Shown here one piece after another: positions 55,931 through 64,000 of a stretch of 64,000 nt of DNA. The notes under the pieces were generated by a model, which was not told where the DNA came from, did no database searches, and saw only the letters and a list, made by a program, of their open reading frames with translations. The position numbers were made by a program, and so were the translations under genes. Within the stretch, counting starts at the first letter, position 1, and every line of letters begins with the position of its first letter. Source of the stretch: Antedon mediterranea (taxonomy: Eukaryota > Animalia > Echinodermata); contig NC_092672.1 in NCBI RefSeq assembly GCF_964355755.1, positions 26,418,437 to 26,482,436 of the forward strand. The letters are read 5' to 3'.

Positions 55931-57884
55931 CTAAATAAGTCAGTAAAACCACAATTAGCAAAATTTATTTTCATTTATCCACTATAAACTTATAATGCAA
56001 TGCAATTTCACCTACAATGGATATTTGAATACCTTGCAGCTCTTTTGAAATAAGTTGACCTTGATTTTTATAACTTATTATGAGAGCTTGTAAAATGTAG
56101 ATATGAATTTATTTAAAAATTAGGTCTATCGGATGTTGTAACGTTATCATATGGCCAGTTGAAGTTAAAAAGTAGTTTTTTTATCTCTTTCGTCAAAGTT
56201 ATACAAATTTTAAAGAGCGTGCACCACGCTTCTACGTGACAAATTTTCTTCCAATTGTTATATTTTATTGCTCAATTCATTATCTTTCGATATTGTTATC
56301 CACAAGTTTTTTTTGATAATGTTATCAATGCCAAAAAATTAGAACATGATGTGTGTCCGTAATTTCACCAATGCTACACGGTATATAGATATACAGTATA
56401 TACTGTACTTAATGTATATGGCATATAATAGACACAACTCAGCACTATATAAGCGTATAATAGGAAGGCATACATCAACATGTTCCGATCGTATGTTAAC
56501 ATACGTGCATGTTTAAAAAATATTAATGTCAATAAAATTATAAAAATGATCAACAATAATTCGTCAAAGTTAAATTAATTTCTAGTTTTTTTTACATCTA
56601 TATTGAAAATTTGTTTAGAAGCAATAAAAATCAATTTGTGGGTAATAGGGGCAGACGCAGGGGTGTTGCCTGGGCAATTCCTTCTTTCTGCAAATTTCAA
56701 TATTTTTTTCTGGAGTGTTGTTTAGGCAACACTGTTTATACAGTTTATAGTGGATAAATGAAAATAAATTTTGCTAATTGTGGTTTTACTGACTTATTTA
56801 GCATTTATTTCAAAATAATACAATTACTGTAAACGTTTTGCTCAATATATTTATAGCAGCAGCCTCTTATTTTTTGTTTAGCTTTTTAAAATTATGATTT
56901 GATAATAAATAATTTGTACTCATTATAATTGCTAATTAATTAATTTCCGGCCATCTAGTGGTGTAATTAAAAACAATTTGCATCGCTCCTCTATGGGCCA
57001 AATATGTGGTTTTGCGGCTGGACTCTTCTTGGCCAACACCCTTAAAATAGTCCTCTGCGACCACCCCTGTTAAAATTGCATGTTGCAAATCTAGCCAAAA
57101 TACAATTGATTTTAAATAGCTTGGATCAGCTCTGTATTTGTTTTGCATTGGGAAATCTGTAACATTCACAACAAATATAGTTTTTACTATAAAAAAAATC
57201 ATGTCATTCACATTTTGTTAATATAAATTTATTTATGGATAAGTTTCTAGCCACAGTACAATTGAGTTTAGATGAGCTCAGCTCTACCTTTTGTTTGAAG
57301 GCTCTGTGTTCACTGTACGTTATTAATATAGCTATCATAAAAATTAGAGTTTTTACACCAAAAAACTGTTAAAAATCATGTTACTGTATTTATTTAAATA
57401 AACACCGGAGGATTGTTATGAGTGCAAAGCACTATCCAATCGTATGCTACACCTCAAACAATATAAATTATAATATAAAATAAAACTAAACAATAGATTA
57501 AAGCAACAACAAAAAATTTATTTACAGTTCAAATGTTTCATGTGTACAGAAAAAAGCTGCTTAATATAACATTGGAGAGCTGTCGCAAATATGTTGAAAA
57601 TAATAAGAATGTTCTTTTGGAATATCTTGCCATACACAGAGACAATTATTATAATAAATATTAGAAAAACTAACTCTCTCGTCCATAGAAAGTAAATTTA
57701 AATTACCCATTGCACAAAGTTGTATTTGTGCTACAGTAGTATTATATTTTTTCAAAAAAGAAAACCAGACTCTAGTGGTCCTACGGAAACCGGTGAAAAG
57801 TCTCATTAGAATCAATGTTTGTTAATTTCTAGGGTTGTTTACTATCACTGATCAGAGATAGTTACTAAATGGTTGTTTAGGGGT

Positions 57885-59729
57885 TTACATCATGCCTTCC
57901 ACTATATGAACTAAATTGACATAAATGTCTATACACTGGTCAACATCTGCTTTATTAGCACCTAGTGCATATGATTTAATAAATTGTTCTTGGTTGTTGG
58001 TTAATGGCAATTGTATATATGGAACAACAATCTGTTCATTATTGTTGTCATCAACAGCTTGTGGCCCATCTTCATCAATTCCATAATTGTGAATTAGATC
58101 TTGATATTCTTCAGGATTGGTAAATGCATAAGCATTTAATCCCATATGCCAAAGTTGATTCGGTGAAAGATTATGTTCGCTACTCATGGGATGGTCATTC
58201 CAATTGCCTTCCATCTCTCTTAATGAATCATTAATGAGACTTAAAAATACAGAATGAAGGCAATACATGTAAATATGAATCTGGTTTAAGGGATCAAGAA
58301 TTCCCAAATTTTCCATTTAGTTAAATATACCTTGAAATTGTTTAACAACAGTTTGTTTGACATCCAGCCACAGCCTTTCAATTCTTTGATTGTGAACTGA
58401 TGAACCTGTTATATGGCTGCCACGATTTAAGCCTCTATTGCTTAACATAAAGCGAGCGACCAATACATTCTCGCCTCCTTTATCAGATCTGACTCGTGAT
58501 GGTAAACCATGCTGTCCAACAGCTTCTTGAAATAGCTGAAGAACACTCTCTGCTTTGTTATTTGTGCAACATCTACAGTAAGATAAACAATCTTGCGTGA
58601 ATATCCATCAATGCCTCCTAATATGACAAAGTTCCAGCGAATTAACTTATGATGGCCATCGATGTGCCTGTAAAACAAAACAAATTGGCTACTCTCTTGA
58701 ATCATGCATAATAAACTTTTTGTACTGACATACATTGTTAATGTTACATGTGTATATTTTCTTATCAATTATATGTACAGTACCTCAACAATAATTCATG
58801 CAAATAAGTATTATGGGCAACTTATTATTCACATCTTAAAAAAGTTCATACTTTTTTTAAATCTGCTAAATATACTGTATTTATTATTGTTAGTAAAAAC
58901 ATCTACCGTATACTGTAATCCTTACCATAAACTATTTGGACTTGCAACATTGTAAACTCTTCTTATAACAGATCTGGTTCGCCTTAATGATCTATTGATT
59001 GGGTCAACCTCCATTATAGCATCCCGAATTAGACTTCTCTGAACATGTATACGCCTTCTTCTTAATCCACCAATAATTAATGTTTCTCCAGCATCAGGCA
59101 ATAAAATCAATATTCTTCTTACTTCATTTAAAAGCTGATCTCTTGAAATATTTGAATAGTAGTTTCTAGTAGAGTTAGGCTGGGAAACGGGCAAACCATA
59201 TAATCTTCTTCTTCTTCGAAGTGTATCAACAGAAATCCCTAATTGATGTGCAACAATTTTCCAACTATGAAATATTTCAAATAGTTCTTCAATATTCTCT
59301 TTATTAACTATAATCCTTGGTCGCCCATTAGATGTTTGTTCAGTTTGATGCGATGCAAACCACCTATGATGATCATGATTTCCGTTTATTCTTTCATTTC
59401 ATTTCATTTTTTCATTTCTTTATTCGACAACAAGCGGTCCAGGGATTGCGACAGCAACAGAGCACCATAACACATTTGTGTCCGCAATCCCTTTCATCAT
59501 ATGAGGCAAAAATAGAGTTTAATTCAGTAGAAAGTATAACAAATTGTTCAATGGTATCTAGAGGAACATCACTTTCTTGTAACCTTCTTAAAAAATTATT
59601 AAATAAAATGTTTAAATTCTCAATCCTAAGATGCCAGTTTTCAAGCACATTAATATTGTCAGATATAAGACCTCTTTGCGCCTGGCATAAAGTTCCTGGT
59701 AATTCTCTGATAATTTGCAGTAAATCCAT
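57885..59729 (-). pseudogene. IS3EU-like DDE/integrase-core transposase, disrupted
   Basis: GRPR + HTH (IVAHQLGISVDTLRRR), RRVYNVASPNSLW|[11 protein letters not shown] (intron ~58925-58668), [41 protein letters not shown]...SPNQLW. Frameshift at ~58575, stop at 58317-58319, frame breaks in the N-terminal part. Confidence 0.9.
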
Positions 59730-60539
59730 GGTAAATGCCTGTTCTGAAATAAAAATATGTACAAATTAATTCTTAAAATTTGATTTGAAATAAGAATTAT
59801 TATTAGCTAGCTAGCCTAGGGCCTTTAGTAGGCCTACTAGTACTACTACTACGGCCGAGTCTATGTATGGTCTTCAGGGAGGCTATATTTATTATAAGCT
59901 AGTACTAGCCTACTAGGGCCTATAGGCCTAGAAGGCTAGTAGTAGAAGGACTAGGCCTAGGGCCTAGTACTATAGTAGTCTAGGCCTGCCTACTATAGCT
60001 AACTAGGCCTAGCTAGTAAAGACCTAGCCTATAGGCCTGCTAGGTAGGCAAGAGGTAGGCCTAGCCTAGCAGTTAGTGGGCATAAAGCCTAGCTAGGTCT
60101 TTGGTTAGTTTAGTAGGCTCCTTGCTTGAGAGCTAGCCTATATAGGCCTAGCCCTATTTAGGCCCAGGGCTTAGGAAGTCCTACTGGCTAGTAGGCTAAG
60201 AGGCCTAGGCCTAGCCTAGGCTAGGTCTAGGCCCCTACTTCTACTAAACTACACAGGCTAGCCTAGGTAGGCCTAACTAGTATAGCCTCTAGTAGTAGTA
60301 GGCTAGCTGTTTCATTCTTTTCTTTTAATAACGGAATTGGGTCTTTATTTATAGGCGCGAGGCCTAGGCTAAATATTGTATTGTAATACATACCTACCAC
60401 TCTTAGTGACTTAGTATAGTCCGGCCTAGTTATTATATAATTTAGTAGACGACCGACAACAGTGTTTCGCCGTCGCTTTTCAATATAATAATCAAAACTC
60501 CCAAAACGCCAATGCTATAACGATAAAAAGGAAATAAAT

Positions 60540-60930
60540 ATACCATCGGCGGCCGGCCGCCGGACAGATAGCCCTTTTCCATGGTATACCCCTCTCGAGA
60601 AATGGTATGGTCTTCACGCTTGATTAGAGATCTCTAACCAAGCGTTACAAGTATACATTCCTTGTTACAACTACATTTTAAAAGTGTACAACTACATTTT
60701 AAAGTGTACAACTACATTTTAAAAGTGTACAACTACGTTTTACAATTACAAACATGCATTTTACAAATACAAACACATTTTTAGGTTTACAAATACATTT
60801 TGCAATTACACACACACACATTTCAAATGTACACATACATTTTTCACCTAGAACACACATACACACACATTTTTTAGCTACACATTTGTGTTTAACACAA
60901 ATATACTTTTGCTGCTTATGGCGCCCCATA
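60540..60930 (-). repeat. Right TIR of the IS3EU-like element
   Basis: Matches the left TIR, with about 3.5 copies of the 21-mer and extra subterminal sequence. Confidence 0.92.
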
Positions 60931-60967
60931 CGATACGATACTGATACATTTTTTTTTTCAGGAGGCC

Positions 60968-63309
60968 ATGATGAATTTAACGAATAACGACACAGCCACT
61001 TCGGCAATCGGTGCTGCTTCACTTATTCTCATCATTATAATCGCAATCATCGGTAATATCCTCCTTCTGGTGTCGATTAAAAATGTTCGCCGATCGCTAC
61101 CAGGTGTGCTGGTGTTGGTGTTGTCCTTATGTGATCTTTCATTTTCTACACTAGTTTTACCCATATCAGCTGTTGCGTTTTTAATGGATTGGAACATGGA
61201 AGACACGCCAAGTGCATGTGGTTTCCAGGGTTCGATGTCATTCGCGCTCAAGTTTACTTCAACATTTACCGTCTGTCTTATTTCTTTAGAACGTTACTTT
61301 TACGTTAAACCATCTGAAATAGTTTTAAAGAAACAATGTAGGCCTATTGGAAGAAGTGTTATTGCGTGTGGTTCGTGTTTATTGATCTCTCTTTTACTTG
61401 GATCTATGCCATTGATTGGTGGAATCGGAATGAAAACGTTTGAAGACTCGTTGAGTTATTGTCACTTTGATATTACGCCAGATGATACAATTTCGACAAT
61501 ATTCTCTATCATTGTATTATCAATTGCTTACATAATGCTTCAAATATCAATGTTCAGTTTGGTCTCTGTATTTTGTAATTGGAATTCATATGTCAAAGTT
61601 CAACTCAGGTCAAATAGTCACATGAACCAAAATGGAACGCATGGTGAAAGTGTTGTTCAAACTTCTTTTAAACCGAACTCATCTACAGATTTGAACCAGC
61701 GACTCTCGTTCACTAGGATGCTTCTTGTTATTTGTGTTCTTCATTGGTGCTGTCATATGCCTTTCTTGGTGAGAAATAACTTAAGGTTTATTAAAGGAGT
61801 TTAACCGAGTAAATCTTTGTTAAGTCATTCTTTTTGTTTATTGTTGTATTTTAACAAAATTGTTCCATTAATTCCGTAATATTACAAAAAAACTCGTTCA
61901 ATTGACATCGTAATCTGCAACATTACTAAGTACCAATCTAGTTGGACTTTAATTCTGTAAAATAGCATCATGGATACTGTTTAATTAAAATGCTTTTTAA
62001 ATTATCTTTGTAACGAAATCATATCGTTTCTCTTTTACAGTTATTGATAGCAGTGACACTTATGTCAGGAAGCTTTTCTCAAACTGCAGACTTTGTTACG
62101 GTTTACATAATGGCTCTTCAACCGGCTTTAACCCCCATAGCCATATTTTCATTATATCCGCCCTATTTTCGAAACATGAAGTCTCAATTATTTCGAAAAT
62201 CAAATAGTAAGATGATAGAAATTATAAGTAGGCCTAATGTACTGATTATTCATACTTATAATGTTTAGCTTTTACTAATACAATTTTGCTGTACTATTGC
62301 TTTTGATTATATTATAGAATTGTCACCACTTTTGTTTTCACAGATATGCCGACGTTTAACCACCAACCTTCTGATGAGTCTTCTCGATACCGCGATGCAT
62401 CACAATTCGGGTCTTACCAACGGTAGGACCACGAAGCATTTTTTAAAAATATTGATATTTATTTAGATAAACATAAAATAGTGTTGATCAACCTAACTAA
62501 TCCCATCCACTAACCAATTGTTTGTTTGTTTGTTTTATCTTTATACTGGGTGACCTCTTCAGTCAAAGACTGATCTCCCAGAGGGCCCAGTTGGTGATCA
62601 GTGGCTGTGATGTAGGCCTACTAATACACCGGGGTAACCCCCCTACTCGTCTCGAAAGATGTACTAGGTTCTTTAAAGTGCACACGAGCAAGTTGTGTAC
62701 ACTGGACCTACGGTTTATAGTCCTTATCCGAGAAGACTCGTTCTACCACCAGAACCATGGAGTGAGTGAGCCTCGAACCCCTGCCGATGTTATGGCTACG
62801 TGATTACGGTTCCACTGTCTTAACCGCTCGGCCACTCACTCGTGTAACAATATCGTCCAACTATAGATATCGTCTTTTTTAATGTTTTAGTTAATGATTT
62901 ATTTTTAACTGGTCTATTTATTTTTTATTCTAGAAACGTCAGCGACATTCAAATTAGTTTGGCTGATACATCCAAAGAATCATTTTCCAATCATAACCTA
63001 TCTTATGATGACGTCATCAGAAGGGATAGTTCTTACGGAACGGGTTTAACTTACTCAAACGATGACGTAATCGGAGTAAACGGTTCTTCTCGCGCGATGA
63101 GTGACGTTAAGATCGGACTCCGACGGAATGAACCAAATGGTGACGGTATGATCGGAATCTTCAATGATGGTTATTATGATTCAGATTCTGTATCATGCAG
63201 TACGTGCTCTAGGAGTGACTTCAGTTATTGTGACGACACAGAAGGTAGGACACGTTGTAGATCTTCGTTTAAGCTTGGTTCCCACTTATACACAACGCAA
63301 GTGAGTTAG
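60968..63309 (+). CDS. Class A (rhodopsin-like) GPCR, possibly prostanoid-receptor-like
   Basis: Exons 60968-61768, 62041-62206, 62344-62422, 62934-63300/63309. TM1 GN, TM2 LSLCDL, TM3 SLERY, TM6 CHMPFL with an intron at the end of TM6 (as in prostanoid receptors). The last exon may splice on at GTGAGT 63301. Confidence 0.85.
62519..62843 (-). mobile_element. Full-length tRNA-derived SINE family B in a GPCR intron
   Basis: A box TGGCCGAGCGG, B box GGTTCGAGGC, (AAAC)n tail. Confidence 0.9.
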
Positions 63310-64000
63310 CCAATCACAAGTGAAACTGCAGATGATCCATCGCGTCGTGATTGGTCAAATTGCTGACATTGCGCAAACTTTCTTGCGTTGTGTCCTAGAA
63401 CCACAAATCAAAGATAATACATGTCATGATTCAGTACTTACCACGTGATGTCTAATTAGGAAGTAAATTGAGACCTGGGTATATTCTCAATTTCCTTGAT
63501 GCTTAATCCAAGTGACATCCTCAACTTTACTGTGATTCCTTTTCAGAAACACATTTTACCTTTATCTACCATAAAGCTGACTTACTGATCTGTTTTCTCC
63601 ATGCAAATCTTTAAACAGAAAGTTATGTTGGCGATCATAATGATGTTGCTTATAGTTATATTTGGCTTAACTAAAACCAGCAAATCTAGTAGACCAAGTA
63701 ATAATTTGAATGAAATCATCGCTGATTTGTAATAATTGCTTATGGTAATCTTACGATAATGCGCACATTATTATTAATAATTATTAGAACGAAAACAAAG
63801 AGAGAAGTAAAGGTAGGCTTAATTTTAAATGAGGATGACGTTTTACCCGTATTCGTTCATATTTTTTTGCAGGATTCGACTCTGATTTTTCTGAGTATTC
63901 GTATTCAACAGACGAGGGCCACCGAGGAATTGTATACCTGAATAGAGTATCACGAAAAGTAGTTTTGACAAGAGTAGAATCTGTAATTTCTCACAAAACA

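Larger units (their letters stand above)
42162..60930. mobile_element. 18.8-kb TIR DNA transposon, IS3EU-like (DDE transposase + HECT ligase), containing a nested Kolobok
   Basis: Ends TATGGGGCGCCATAAGCAGCAAAAGT / ACTTTTGCTGCTTATGGCGCCCCATA. Perfect 6-bp TSD CGATAC at 42156-42161 and 60931-60936. TIRs of ~330-390 bp. Confidence 0.92.

Noticed and set aside
57885-59729. LTR retrotransposon or Polinton integrase
   Set aside because: No RT, gag, LTRs, polymerase or capsid; boundaries are TIRs with TAT/ATA ends.
62760-62843. Functional tRNA genes (also 1103, 8087, 16370, 25753)
   Set aside because: A/B boxes run into SINE bodies, with no convincing acceptor stem.

Overview
AT-rich, intron-rich animal genomic DNA, probably a marine invertebrate deuterostome (inferred from SINE type and gene structure). 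1) ~208-36875 (+): the 3' part of a VPS13D gene. Its 17.1-kb intron (10819-27916) holds two antisense genes: an intact 7-exon pyridoxal-kinase-like gene with a remodelled vitamin-B6 pocket, and a 215-aa orphan membrane protein. It also holds a stack of nested CR1/L2-group LINE fragments. 2) 42162-60930: an 18.8-kb DNA transposon with long TIRs, TAT...ATA ends and a 6-bp TSD (CGATAC), IS3EU-like. It encodes a DDE integrase-type transposase (-) and a convergent spliced CUE+HECT ubiquitin-ligase cargo gene (+). 3) 43635-49950: a full-length Kolobok transposon nested inside it (TTAA TSD, ~477-bp TIRs, THAP-DDE transposase plus a KolX/P2X7-ballast-like gene); a related MITE sits at 30925-31202. 4) From 60968 (+): a class A GPCR whose first coding exon acceptor lies 30 bp from the transposon end. 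tRNA-derived SINEs and MITEs are scattered throughout. Exon boundaries were read by eye from GT/AG sites and frame continuity. Family assignments rest on recalled motifs, not database searches.
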